Assembly (NCBI RefSeq): GCF_036971445.1
Contig: NC_091476.1
Location: forward strand, 107,446,001 to 107,510,000
Direction of reading: 5' to 3'
Source of the DNA: Narcine bancroftii
Lineage: Eukaryota
Length of the DNA: 64,000 nucleotides
Shown here: piece by piece, positions 13,228-26,205 of the stretch
Layout: every line of letters begins with the position of its first letter
Position numbering within the stretch: the stretch's first letter is position 1
The notes under the pieces: model-generated
The model's database searches: none
The model's input: the letters and a program-made list of their open reading frames with translations, nothing else
Told to the model about the DNA's origin: nothing
Translations under genes and position numbers: made by a program

Positions 13228-14000
13228 GTAGAAGGAATTGGTGAAAGGATGATTGACTGGCAGGTTAACCACAGAGTGTGCAGTTTGTTGTGTTTCAAAC
13301 TCCAGATCAAAGAGTTTTGTGCTTTGTTTCACAGTTGGGTACAAATACCAACTTGTCTCAATTATAAAAGAATTCTTCCCTCCAACACCACTCCCTCAAA
13401 CAAATTATCAAACAAACAGATGCACTGGTCATTCAGCTTGTGTGCAGTATTCACATATTTAAATCCAAGCAACCAAATTATTCTGGTTTTAATTGTGTTG
13501 CTTCAGGAATAAACTCAAAGAGAAAACCAAAGAAAAAGTTCTACTCTTCAAAATAGTCTCCCTCTTTTAATCATGAGAGACCAGGCAGAATCTTGACATA
13601 TGATGGCACCTCCTCCCTCAGCACTGTACGAAGTGTCAGGCTGGATACTGTGCTCAAGTCGCTGCAGTGGTCCCTGAACCAACAACTTTTTGACAAGATG
13701 TGAGAGAGGTGTCTATTGAGTCTTGATTTTAAGCTTCAGGATATCTCTGGTCCCTGCTTTATGGTGTGAGAGTTCAGAACCATGGACATGTATGAAGGAC
13801 CTGGAGATCCACTGGCTTGGTTAATCATGCTTAGTGGGTACTTCACATACCAAAGCACAGCACGCAAATGATCCTGGGAACAATTGTGATAATGACAGTA
13901 CAGTAGTTTCACATTATCTCTCAACTTATTCTGCAGGAATAAGGTATTTGCTCAATAAATTAGGAACATAGTATTTTATCTGCATTATTTAACGTTCCAG

Positions 14001-14103
14001 AATCCCACACTGACACAGAATGGCACCGGCAGTTTACCACGGAACTTGGCTGCTACTCTCCAAGACATCGAAGCAAAACGCCAGCTCGCATTGCAGCAGA
14101 AAG
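14001..14103 (+). CDS. PHLDB1: PHLDB1 exon (103 nt): NPTLTQNGTGSLPRNLAATLQDIEAKRQLALQQK
   Basis: TTCCAG acceptor, G|GTAAGC donor (phase 1). Near-identical to the PHLDB1 motif QNGTGSLPRNLAATLQDIE. Confidence 0.95.
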
Positions 14104-14928
14104 GTAAGCAAGAATCCGGAGGTGACTGGCAAAGTGCAGAATATGATGGAATATTACAGGAGAAACATCATTCGGTCCATTACTGAAATGCTATCCAATT
14201 CTCCAGCCTTGCAAATTTCTTCTCTACAAAAAGTCATCAAATTTATTTTTTCAAATGACTGCTGAATCTACTTTTGCTGTGGCTTTTCTGGCAATACATT
14301 CCATATTGTAACAACTTGCTCTGTCAAATGATTACTCACTGGTTATCCTGAACATCCATCCTCAGAGATGGCCAACCATGTTGGCATTGCACAGTTCTGT
14401 CTTATTTATGTGGATTTGCATTGTCCACTTGAATCAGTAGGTTGTTGTCCCATTGCAGAAACCTGAGAGTGCATAATCTGGCTTCTGGTTCCTTGCAGCG
14501 TTAATGGTCTGCAAATCTGCTGCCAATTTCACTGAGGTATTAATCTGGGCTTCTTTCTATCCTCTCAGGGGCACGCAACTATTTTTCAAAAACTGGAGAT
14601 ACTGTTCAATGATTGTGTTCATTAATGTTCTATTACTTCTATGTCTAAACACCAACTATCTCATTATAGTACTGTAGAAGGCAAACTGCAGGGACATGTC
14701 GCACATCTTAAGGGATAGGGATGGTTAAATATCCCTTTTACTTTACTCCTTAACATCCACATGGGGCAGGATCCCTTCCTAATAACTTGTACAGTTCTGT
14801 GATGTGCAGAATTGTGGGTATTAGAAATTGTTGCTGAACCCTCAGGAGTAGGATGCTCACTTCAGACAGCGAGAGCAATGGGAGGAGCAGCCCAGCCTGA
14901 AGTTGACCCATTAGTTCAGTTGCTAGGA

Positions 14929-15655
14929 GTAAAACACGAAAAACTGCAGCCGCAGTGATTGAAGTAAAAACACAATGCTGGAGAAACTCAGCAGAACAAA
15001 CAGTGTATTTTATGTAGCAAAGATAAAGATTTATAACCAATGTTTCAGGCATAAGCCCTTCATCAAGGTATGAACAAAATGTAGGCAGGCACCTGAATAA
15101 AATGGTGGATGGAAGGAACAGGGGGAAGAGCACAGTCCCACAGACAGGATGAGGGAGGGAGCTGAGCACCTTCTTTCTGTCTGCATCAATGACAGGGATC
15201 GCCCAGTGGCCAACCTTTTCAATTCTGCGTTTCACTTCCACACTGGCATGTCTGTCCATGGCCTCATATACTGTCAAGCCAAGGTCACCCTTAAATTGGA
15301 GGAGCAATACCTAATTTTCTGTGTTGGCTCTCAACAACTGGATGGCATTGACATCGACCTCCAGTTTCTGCTAGCCCACTCCCCATTCTCCCTCTCTTCC
15401 CCATGCCTCTGTCTTCTTTCCTCCAGCTCTCCACCCCTTCCCTCTCCACGCACAGAGCCACTTCCCCCTCACTGTTTGCTGGTGGGCCCTCCCTCCCTTA
15501 TCCAACTATTGCCTCCTGTCTGTGGAACTGTGCTCCTCCTCCTTCCCCTACCTCCCACCATTTTGTTCAGGTGCCTGTCTACATTTTGTTCATACCTTGA
15601 AGAAGGGCTCAAGCCCACAACATTGGTTATGTATCTTTACCTTTGCTACATAAAG
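14929..15655 (+). mobile_element. Penelope-like element remnant with GIY-YIG endonuclease C-terminus and an inverted terminal repeat
   Basis: ORF 15149-15664 has PVANLFNS...HTGMSVHGL...LKLEEQYLIF...DGIDID. The segment ~14990-15150 is an inverted copy of ~15515-15655. Confidence 0.8.
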
Positions 15656-16232
15656 TTTAATTAACTTACACCCCTGGTACATGCTTGTGGGCTGAAATGG
15701 CCTGTTACTGTGCTGTATGTCTAAATTAAAAATTAAAAGGTTGGCCACCCCACAATTTAGATGTTGTATTTTAAGACAACTCAGCAATATTGTGCTTGTA
15801 ACCAATCCAGCAGAGATTCTTTGATGGATACTTTACCAGGTTTCAGAACAAATAATCCTGATGCAGGGTCTCGGCACAAAAGGCCAAGTATCCCTTTGCC
15901 TCCACAGATGCTGCCTGACCTGCTGAGTTCCTCCACAGATGCTGCCTGACCGGCTGAGTTCCTCCAGCAGTTTGTCTTTTTTGCCCCAGATTCAGCATTT
16001 TCAGACTCATGTCCTTTGAAAATAAATACCCCGACAATCATCGAATTGATTCTTAGCTTGAGATGTAAATTTTAATATATATATTTCCTAGTCTCTTGTT
16101 TCAAAAAGTACTTACTGTATTTTTTTTCTTTTGCCGATTTCCTTTCTGCTCCTTTTTCTCTTTTCAACGGGCGGGACTCCTAACTTCTGACTCCTCTTCT
16201 CGCACTCCTCTCTCCTTTCTGGTGCTGGGCAG

Positions 16233-16268
16233 AGTCAATAGGGATATCCAGATTGGAACACAAAAGAG
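16233..16268 (+). CDS. PHLDB1: Candidate 36-nt PHLDB1 microexon (phase 1/1), ESIGISRLEHKR
   Basis: ~110-nt pyrimidine tract, then TGCTGGGCAG acceptor and GAG|GTAGGA donor. It is open in the required phase, with TGCATG at 16337. Confidence 0.5.
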
Positions 16269-16999
16269 GTAGGAATTCTGATTGGAATTGGAAGAAAGAT
16301 GTGGTGTGCTTTGTAATCTAGGTTAGCGGATGGGTTTGCATGAAGGAATGTCGGTGGGCTGTGAATCTGTCGTCCTGCAGTTGCTTGTACTCACGGTTGT
16401 ATTGTGGTCCTGTAATATTTAGGGTTTCGAAAGTTTTACAGGTCAAGAGTAAAAATCCAAGAAATTCCACCTTGCTTTGCTGTTCTCAACTTTAATTTCA
16501 AATCAATCCACGGATTCTCTCCATCTCTCCCACCCCATTCTAGGTCTATAACCTTCCCAAGCCCCACAATTGAGCTCAGTCCTGGCCACTTAGCATTCCT
16601 GCTAATAATCACTCCACTGTTGTCATGACCTGCCTGGACCCTGAACTATGCCTCTCTGTCCTTGTTTTAAAGCCAATTAATTTTTGTCAGCTGTTCTTGG
16701 GTGACACGAATTTTGTTTGATGATGCTTTTGGAAGTATTTGAAAGAATTCGCTGCTGGTTTAATGTCAATTGCTGCTGTTCTGGATAATGGGGAGACTTT
16801 CCATCTGAGAAACAACTCAATAGGACAAAGCAGAATAATCATTTGGCACAGACCAGATGGCCTGAAGGTCCTGTTTCTGTGCTGTCATGCTCCATGGCTT
16901 TCCCTGCAGTCCATTTATATAATCAGATATCATTTTTTAGCTCCATCTCCCTGTCCTGGTTCCGGTGCCTCACTCCATATATACACACATTTTTCACAG

Positions 17000-17324
17000 G
17001 CCACCAGGTGATTGAAGAGCAGAAGCGGAGACTAGCTGAGCTGAAGCAGAAGGCTGCAGTCGAGGCCCAGTGCCAATGGGATGCCCTACACAACCAGCAC
17101 TCACCGACGTTTGTCCATCAGAGCCAGCCTTACCACCTTCCCGGGCACCAACAGTCACACCTCATCCACCACAGCATCCTCCATCACCACTCTCAGCCTC
17201 TCTCCGCTCAGCACGGAATCGACATGGAACATGCCTTCGACACACTCAGTTTGGAGAGTTCAGACAGCATGGAGACCAGCATCTCCACGGGCAACTCTGC
17301 CTGTTCACCTGACAACATGTCCAG
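17000..17324 (+). CDS. PHLDB1: PHLDB1 exon (325 nt): HQVIEEQKRRLAELKQKAAVEAQCQWDALH...DTLSLESSDSMETSISTGNSACSPDNMS
   Basis: TTTTCACAG acceptor (phase 1), AG|GTAAGA donor (phase 2). Diagnostic PHLDB1 sequence. Confidence 0.97.
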
Positions 17325-17759
17325 GTAAGAGAAACAGCTTGGGGACTGATTCAAGGATTCATTGAGGTAGGCAGAATGAAGCTACTTCTGAAAGGGGTTA
17401 CCTCTCATAAAGTCACGTTGACTGGGTTTAATTATTTTGAGTTTACCTAAATAATTAACTATTTCCCCTTTGATTTTTGAATCATGCGCCTTGTCAACAA
17501 TAACTAACTGATCTGTAGTTCCCTGTCTTCTGCCTTTCTATTTTTACAATCACATCAACTGTTTTCCAATCTTCTGGTACCCTCCCAATTTAGTGAATTA
17601 TGAAAAATTTCCACTAATGGTCCCTTATCTCTGCCACCACTTTCTTTAAACCCTGGTGTGCAATCCATTCATTCAGGTGACCCATTCACTTTCAGCTCCC
17701 TGAGTTTCTCCAGTACTTAATCCCTGTAATTAGAATTTTTGATAGTTTAATTTAATTTA

Positions 17760-17955
17760 TAATTTAGAGTAACAGGCCCTGCCGGCCTCTGAGGCTGTGC
17801 CTCCCAAATACACACTAGTGGCCAAGTAACCTACTAGCCCCTTGTATCTTTGTAAAGTGGGATGAAACCGGACCACCCAGAGGAAGCTACACGTACATGG
17901 GGAGAACGTACAAACACCTTACAGACTGCACTGGATTTGAACCCTGGTTGCTAGC
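17760..17955 (-). mobile_element. SINE (same family as 7360-7625)
   Basis: Reverse complement of the SINE core (GGGGAGAACGTACAAAC...GGATTTGAACCC). Confidence 0.75.
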
Positions 17956-17963
17956 TGCTACTC

Positions 17964-18460
17964 TAGGGTGACCAGATATCCGGTTTTAGGCCTTTGAGCA
18001 CTCTCTCCTCTGTCCAGCGCCTCCTTGAGCCGGAGGTTAATTTGTCTTCAATTTGGGGGTGTAGGGCAGAAAGGGCAAGGGAGGGGGTTAAATGCAGCAT
18101 CCTGGGGACGATAGGCTGTGGCAGCCATGTTTCTTCATGCGCGAGTGCCAGCTGGTGCATATGTGATGGATTGGTGTACCCGGGCCAGCTGGCATATCCT
18201 CAGGAGGTTAGTTTACTGAGGCTGGTTAGCGCAAGCACGGTGGGCCCACAGATAGGGGAACATTTAGCACAGGCGTGTAGTTCTGGCGTGATTGGGAGCA
18301 CGTCAGTTAGTGTGACTAGCCTCAGCATATGATATAAGCATGAACGTTTGTGTGTTCCGTTGTCCGTCAGAGGGAGGGGAAGTGTGACAGTAGCTCATGG
18401 AGGTTTTTGGCGGGTGAAGTACCTGCTCCCCCAAGCAACTACCCCCCCAATGAGAGAATT
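17964..18460 (+). mobile_element. Non-autonomous DNA transposon remnant (hAT-like end TAGGGTGACCAGAT)
   Basis: Collinear inverted homology with 29400-30760. Confidence 0.55.
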
Positions 18461-18559
18461 TTCAAATGTCATTTTGTGCCCCCCCCCCCCATGGTTAACA
18501 TAATGCTCCCCCATTAGATTTATAATGACACCGAACCTGCATGTCCTCCTTTTGGAAAT

Positions 18560-18880
18560 TATTTGAAATGAGACTATCTGCTGTCTTCAGTATATTAGCA
18601 ATGTCTTCCATGGTGAAAACTTATGCAAAAGATTTATTCGGAATAGCTACCATTTCATTATCTAGTTTTATGAATTTACCAGCTTCATCTGCTCAAAGCC
18701 CCACATTTACCTTTGCCACCCTCTTCCTATTTATATATGCAAAGAAACCTTTACTATTTCTTTTTATACTGCATGCAAGCCTTCTCTCAGTATTCACTAT
18801 CGCCCTTGTTAGGAGCTTTTTAGTCTTCTTCTGCTGAACTTTAAAAATCTCCCAGTCCTCTGCTCTACCAGTAGCCATTG
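18560..18880 (-). mobile_element. CR1 LINE internal fragment
   Basis: Translation includes ERRLACSIKRNSKGFFAYINRKRVAKVNVG, the CR1 ORF2 linker. Confidence 0.75.
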
Positions 18881-19342
18881 CATACCCGATTTTTCAAATA
18901 GATTAAAAGCGGGCTTCTCTATGGAGCTCACGTTGAATGACATGGTGCCTTGTAGTGTATGTCAGGCCCACTTTTCAGTGGAGACTGATGATTGTGCAAA
19001 GGGAATTGTGATCGAATTCCCAGACAGCTTCAGGGCTCCAGTTGTGATTCTTGTGTTGATAGGGGCTGGTATCTCAAGCAGATCTGTGCCTGTCTGCTCC
19101 ACCCTGTGAGCTTGCACGTTCTCCTTTGCAAATCTAGAATGTCGCTGAAAGGCAAGGCTTTTATTTTCTTCGTCTATGCTGCCAATTCATTGGCATGTTG
19201 AGACCTAAAGTCTCTGACAATTTATAGCTCTGAGTGAATCAATGTTAAAGGGTTGTAGGCACACCTCACTACAGTAAAGAACAGGATTTCAGTGCAGCAA
19301 TTCTATCCTCCTGCCCGTCAGTTTAACAATGACAGACTGAAT

Positions 19343-19356
19343 CTCTCTCTCTCTCA

Positions 19357-19433
<77 letters not shown>
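19343..19433. repeat. Compound (CT)n(CA)n microsatellite
   Basis: Seen directly in the sequence. Confidence 0.98.
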
Positions 19434-19435
<2 letters not shown>

Positions 19436-20137
19436 CCAATTTTTTTTTTCTAACTCTGCCCCTTGGTAACAACTCAAATTTAAAATTCTCACCTTTACCT
19501 CTGTCCAATATCTTTGTAATCCCTTCAGCCATATTGGCTAACATTCTGAAATCTAGACAATTCCTTTCACCATTGTTAATGCTGCTCGACCCATGAAGTT
19601 CCTCCAACAATTAGTTTTTTTGCTTCCGATTCCAACGTCTAGTTTCCCATGTTTCCAAGCTTCCAAAATGGGCCTTTATCACATACATCCATCTATCTTG
19701 CCTGTTCCACATTCATCTTCACCACCCTTCAGCTGTTTGACCCCAAGCCCCACCTGATTCTCTCCGCTGCACTCCCTTACCCCTGCACTACCTCCCTCTC
19801 TTCATAAGGTTACCTAAGTGAGTGTCGGTGTCAGTCAGTAAGCAGAGAGTGATATGTGCAAGGAACTTCAGACAAGTTTGGATAGAGACTTTCCTCAGAC
19901 CTTAACTTTATGATCAATGAGTGAAACTCACCTCCTTTAAGTTCCTCCTGTAGCCCTTATGTTGCCTCTGGGTTCTTGGGTAGACGAATATCCCTCCACA
20001 ACTTACCAGTTAAGGCAAAGGTATCAGTGCAGCATCAAGTCCAATGATTTGATCTTGTTGATGTGATTGGAAAGAAGGCAGGACTCCGGAAGATTTCCAG
20101 TGGCTGATTTTTCTTTTCCCTCTCCTCTCCGTCTCAG

Positions 20138-20176
20138 GGATACTGAGGACAATGGAAGAAGCTCAGCCGAGCTGAG
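20138..20176 (+). CDS. PHLDB1: Candidate 39-nt PHLDB1 cassette exon (phase 2/2), RDTEDNGRSSAEL
   Basis: Strong acceptor TTTTTCTTTTCCCTCTCCTCTCCGTCTCAG and strong donor GAG|GTGAGC. It is open in phase 2, as required between 17324 and 41700. Confidence 0.65.
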
Positions 20177-21367
20177 GTGAGCCAAATCAGCATTAACTAG
20201 TGATCTTGCTTTTCTGGAATGTCATATTCCAAATGAGATAGAAAATAATAAATCACGGCAGTGGTAAGAAATCATTCATGACCTCAGCTGTTGAAGTCTT
20301 GTTGCTGTCACAGCACAGTAAACAATTGGTGCACAGAGAGCAATAGGAGATGCCTGCTTGTCACTCAGGACTACAGGAGGACAATCGCAAGTAGTTTTCA
20401 ACCTAAAAGACTGGCCAGTCCAGGTGGTGTAAACATGCACTTTATATTTTACCTTTCAGTTTGGCAAGGAACGGCAATGTGATCAAGCAGGCTTAAACAC
20501 ACTTCATACTTGTAACGAAAGGGTTCCCCTCATTTTTAGTCTTGCTGCCTGGCTTGCCTCATCCATGCCTTTTCAATTGTCCCCAACACTATCTCCTCCT
20601 TCAGTGGAGAGTGGGAAATGTAGACTTTCCTCTGGTTATCATCTGCTGTGTGTGGTTGTGCACCACTTTGTCTCACAAGAAATAGGGTGGATGTCATGCA
20701 ATCTCCTGGCAGTGTTGAATAAGCAGGCAGTAGGTGTAAATGACATGCACCAGTACTGAGTGCAGTGGAGGATGTGAACATCAGGAATAAGGCCTGACTG
20801 AGATAGCCACAAGATGCTTATATTGTGCTCACCAAGAACAGGTTAAATGCACATAATGATCCCACAACATGCCTGAGAGGGGCCATTGTATTTAGCCTCC
20901 GTGCATTTTGTCCATCCATTTGAGATTAAAGCTAGTTTTCTTGTACACAATTCCCATGGCGTACTATAGTTTAAAAGAAGCATGATGTTATCAGCATGAA
21001 ACATTTCCTCTTTCTGTACTTAACCTGTTCTAGAGATGGAAAAGCAAAAACAGGGCACTTGAATCAGTCTCTAAATAAGTGCCCATTTGTGTTGTCCGTG
21101 TATGCATTCACTATGTTAGACTTGGCTAATTATTTCCTGGCAATCAACAGGAAAGCTGGATAGAATGGCAATTGATGTACAGCTACTGTGTTAAAGAAGC
21201 TCTGTGCTTGCATTCAGCACTGACCTGTTGCTGAGGAACATTCCTTAATTTTCTACTCCCCTGCTATTATTTTCTCCTTGCTCTCTTGGACTGCTCGTTC
21301 TTGCTGTGATTCTGTCCCCCAATCACCAGCCACTCCGATCCCTGCTGTACCTAACCAAGTACACACC

Positions 21368-21553
21368 TGTCACATTTGTGGCCCGAAATGTGAAATTAAT
21401 AACATCATCACCACATGCTTTACCAGTTGAACATCTCAGTGTCTTTATTTTCCTGCTTCCCTTATTTCATCATCCTGCACCTTCCACCTCCAGTGCATAC
21501 CATCTGACTTCCGGTCAGGTTAATACATATCATGCATATTCATTACCATGACA
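21368..21553 (-). repeat. 3' LTR of the Gypsy element
   Basis: TGTCA...TGACA. The adjacent TCCCTCCTTTC (21554-21564) is the polypurine tract on the - strand. Confidence 0.95.
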
Positions 21554-22049
21554 TCCCTCCTTTCACCAGAAATAAACTTTATATCTTTATGTTTAAATGT
21601 AAACACTTTAACACTATTAATAGCATTTTTCTGCCTTCTGAACCAACAAAACAACTTCAAATTCAAAACAAAAACAACTTCAAATTCCCTCTTCACAAAA
21701 TGTAACATAAACATGTTATAACCAAATGTAATATAATAGCTCAACTGTTCTTCTGTAATTATACTAATACAATGCTCACCTCATATGCAAAATGTAAACA
21801 TTTAAATTTATACACCTCACATGTTTAAATTCCAATACTTTTGTTTTTTTTTATTTAATGCCAAATAGTCGACTAAACAAAAATGAAATTCATACAGCAC
21901 TCATACATGTACTTTATGATGTATTGATCAAATCATTGTCCAAATGTTCCCATTATCATTTCTCTTCCTTGGTGAGTAACATTACTGCGCTTCATTGAAA
22001 CTCATTCCAACTATCACAAACTTTCACTTTCGTGATAATGCGGGCACGA

Positions 22050-23200
22050 TTAGAAATATGGCACAAAATCTTCATATCGTTTAGGTGGTTTCCTGTCCCG
22101 TCTCGGCCTTCCTGCAGTGCTACTGTGGCAACTTGGTTGTTCACCCTCAGCACCGGAAACACTGCTCGCTGCGGCCTCTGGTGTTTCTGGTACTCTGCTG
22201 GTAACTACCTCTGGAACATCATCTGGTCCCTCAGGTTGAGCAACTCGTACTGGATTTCCAACCACTTCACTCGGTGCCGCTCTGGATTGGTACTTTTTGA
22301 CACCAGACACATTTCTTTTGTACAGGACTCCAGCTGGAGACTTGACTGTCACCATACTGCCGCTTCTGGATACAACAGTGTAGAGTTGATGGTAATAAGC
22401 TTACCACCACTCTCTTGCCTCACCAGAACATTATCTCCAGACATGATGTCTGAGTACCTGGCCCCATGCCTCGAGTCTGCATACAGCTTTGCTGCTCCCT
22501 TCTTTTCAGCATCGTGGTCCCTCATCTCCTGGTCGTCCCAGATTTCCTTTATTTCGGGCATTTTTGTGCGGATTTTCCTCCCAAAAAGTACTTCTGCTGG
22601 ACTTTTTCCTGTGGTTGCATGAGGCATTGCCCGATAGACAGCTACAGAGGATAGCAATGCTTCTCTCCAGTTCTGTCCTTCTGCATGAGCAATCCGTAAT
22701 CGTTTTTCGATGGACTGATTTTGTCTCTCAACTTCCCCATTGGCTTGCGTCCATTTAGGAGTTACTTTATGATGGTGGATACCTGTGGTCCTCATGTATT
22801 CAGCAAATGTCTCTGAAATGAACTGTGGACCATTGTCAGAGTATAGCGTAACAGGGAATCCATATCTCGCGAAGATCTCTGCCAATGCTTGTATTGTTTT
22901 TTCAGTGGTCATTGACCTCATCACAGAGTACTCATAGTATCTGCTGTGGTAATCTAGAACTACCATGATTGTCTCACCAGTTGGTAAAGGTCCGAGAAAA
23001 TCAACAGCTACATCGATCCACGGTCCTGTCGGGAGTTGCGTACTCCGGATCGGTTCTGGAGGATTACTCCTACTTGTGAGTTGACACCCATGGCAGGTTT
23101 TGACGAATTTCTCTGCGTCTTTATCACAACCTGGCCACCATACTTTACTCCTGAGGTTTTGCTTGGGTACCAACAATACCTAGGTGTCCTTCATGAGCTA
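22050..23200 (-). pseudogene. Gypsy integrase (frameshifted)
   Basis: WWPG...CHGCQ zinc finger, VAVDFLGP, SDNGPQF, NGEVERQN (DDE), and basic tail RPRRDRKPPKRY. Confidence 0.92.
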
Positions 23201-23327
23201 ATGATACGATCTTCGGTCTCAACCTCTGTGGTATCACCAATCTACACCCCCTCAATACACACTGCCCGATGCAACAAAGTTCATCTCTAATGGGAATATA
23301 TGCCTTGTGAATGCACTTGTCCCATTG

Positions 23328-24617
23328 TCAACTTTGGATACATTCTCTAACTTCCATGAGTTCTGAGTCATGTTCGGACTCTCTCTTGACTTCCCTCGTT
23401 GTCACAGCTTCCGGTGTCGACTGAATAGCTATGAAGTGTACAAAGCTCTCTGCTTCTGTCCCCAATTCTGACTTGGATTGTGGGCATCCATCTTTCAACA
23501 ATCTGGACAGCGGATCAGCAATGTTTGCTTTCCCCGCAATATGAACTACTCTGTACTTGTACGGTTGGAGTCTGAGCACCCATCGTTCTATCCTGGCACA
23601 CGGTTTGGACCTGGCGGCATAGATCACCTCCAATGGTTTATGGTCCGTGATGAGTTCAAATTCAATGCCATACAAATATGCATGGAATCTCTCGCAGGCC
23701 CATGGAAGTCCGAGTGCTTCTTTCTCTGTCTGAGAATATCTCCTTTCCACATCTGTCAAAGATCTGCTGGCATAGGCAATGATTCTTGGTCCCACAACAC
23801 GCATCTGGACCAACATGGCTCCTAAACCAACAGGACTAGCATCCGCTATGACTTTGGTTGGTGCAGCCGTATCATAATACCCAAGAGTACTGGCATTCGT
23901 CAGACTTTGTTTCAGAGCTGTGAATGCTTCCTTCTGCTCAAGGCCAAAATGGAATGGTACACCTTTCCTGGTTAGTTTCCTCAATGGTTCTGCCAGTGTA
24001 GCAAAGTTAGGGATGAACTTTGCGCAATAATTAACCAATCCCAAGAAGCTCCTCATCTCCGTTGCATTCTGGGGTTCACGTGCATCTGCAACAGCTTTCA
24101 CCTTGGCATCAGCTGGGTTCAGTCCTTCCCGTGTAAGCCTGTGTCCCATGAAGTCCATCTCTGAGACACCAAACTGGCACTTGTCTCCATTCACGGTAAG
24201 GCCTGCCCCCTGTCTTCTGGATAGCACATGCCTCAAACGTCTGTCATGCTCTTCCTTTGTAGCCGCATGGACTATGATGTCATCAGAAATGTTGGCAACT
24301 CCAGGAATGCCTTGAATCACTCGATGGATTTCGTACTGGTAGATCTCAGGAGCTGCATTGATGCCGAACGATAGTCTCTTGTACCGGTACAACCCACAGT
24401 GAGTCACAAATGTTGTCACGTCCCTGGATTCTGGGTCCAGCTCTAATTGATGATAGCCCAATTTTAAATCAATTTTTGAGAACACCTGACTGGTAGTTAA
24501 CTCCTGAAATACTTCCTCCACTGTTGGTATGGGGTGTCGTTCTCGAATTATAGCTTCATTGGCCATCCTCATATCAACACACAGTCTTATGTCACCATTT
24601 GGTTTGGGCACAATCAC
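23328..24617 (-). pseudogene. Gypsy reverse transcriptase / RNase H
   Basis: IRLCVDMRMAN, FSKIDLKLGYHQL, LSFGINAAPE, NISDDII, ADASPVGLGA, RYSQTEKEAL, TDHKPL. Confidence 0.95.
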
Positions 24618-24629
24618 TACTGGACTGAC

Positions 24630-26160
24630 TCATTGTGTTGAATGTTCTACAGGTTGAATAATGTCTTGCTCGATCAACTCTTTGATTTTGGCCTCGACTT
24701 TCCCACGAAGTCCAAATGGAGTTCTGCACACTGGTTGCACCTTGGGTTTGACAGTTTTGTCCACTGCTAGCTTTAGTTGTCGACCTTTCAGCTTTCCTAC
24801 TCCCTGGAAAACTGCGGGGAATTCTTGATTCATATCTTTGTATGACTGAACTGAATTGACACGAGCTCCAATATGAAGTATTGCCAGGTCTTGTGCCGTG
24901 CGTCTACTCAGCAATGGTTCTCCCCTCTCGTCTATGACAACGAACTCTGCTTCGGTGTACTTGTCACCAGCTTCAACAGTCGCAGTGAAACATCCAATGG
25001 TCTGCAATGGCTTGGTTGCTGTGTGTGGATACAGTTTCTTTGAACACTTCTTTGATGTACAAATGATCTTTTTTCTTTTCAATTTCTCCCATAAGTGTCG
25101 GTCAATTACATTACTGTCACTGCCTGAGTCTACAATGACCAGAACTGTCACACCACCAATTATCACTGGGACCTTCTCATCATGTAAATCATTCAATGTA
25201 AACTGATAGTATTTCCTGGTTGTCATCATCATCGTCACTTTCTGGGTCACCTTCTATAAGGCGAATAGTGCCTTTCTTTCCAGGATACTTTCCTTTACCC
25301 CAAGCTTTGCCCTTAGAAGCTGTACTCTTCCCATTCTGGTTTGCATTTGACTTGCTTTTGCACTTCTTTGCAAAGTGGTCCTTACCTCCACACTTTCTAC
25401 AAACTTTGCCTTTTGCTGGGTAGCATGGGTCTTTCCAAAATGACCTCTGTTTCCACATCTGTAACACTCCAAGTCATGTGTCGGCATATTTCTTGGCTGG
25501 CTATGGCTATGCGAGAGCCTATTTACTTGTTGACCAACTTTGTCTTTACTGGGCTGGCTTGAGTTGTCTTTCAGTTTCATGGTATGAAATTGCCCCTCAA
25601 CAGCCTCTAATGCAGCAGCCATTGTTAAAGCATTGGTAAGTTTCAACTCACCCCCTTTTTACAGCAGTCGCCTTCTGAGTTTGTCTGATCTGCAGTGCTG
25701 CACAACTTGATCCAATAACTGGTTGTCCAAATCAGCTACCACGTCATTGCATCCCACAGCCAGTTGTCGCAATCTCGTCATATACTGGGCAACCGTTTCT
25801 CCATCTTCTTGTTTTGTTTTGCGAAACAAATGGCATTGAAATGTAGCATTCGGTGTCACCACATAGTGTGCATTCAATGCATCTACGGCTTTCTGGTATT
25901 CCTCCTTCCTTCCAGTATTCGAAAGCGTCTTAAAAGTTTCCCGAACTGCGGGTCCTGCGGTGAAGAGAAGTAACACCCTCCGCTGCGCTTTCTGTTCCGC
26001 CGTACTGCTATCGAGAAATAGGCCACAACTGTCGGCGTAGGCTTCAAATTCTTCCAGCCATGCCTTCCACTTCACCCTCACAGTGCTTGCATCACCCGTC
26101 GGGTCAAAATGAGGAACACCTCGAAGTGCTAGAAATTCAGCTCCTGTGACTGCCATGAAG
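24630..26160 (-). pseudogene. Gypsy gag and aspartic protease (broken by frameshifts and stops)
   Basis: Gag W..WLEEFE...LLLFTAG and QEDGETVAQY, two zinc knuckles (CYRCGNRGH; CRKCGGKDHFAKKC) and protease VDSGS. Confidence 0.9.
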
Positions 26161-26205
26161 AAAATCTTCCAGCTCAAAGCCACCGATTCAAAATCCAAAA
26201 TGTGT

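Noticed and set aside
16941-16999. Alternative upstream acceptor (TTTTTTAG at 16940) for the 17000 exon
   Set aside because: It adds 59 nt, shifts the frame and reaches a stop at 17009-17011.
22032-22622. 196-aa + strand ORF
   Set aside because: It is the antisense shadow of the Gypsy integrase and has no recognisable domain.
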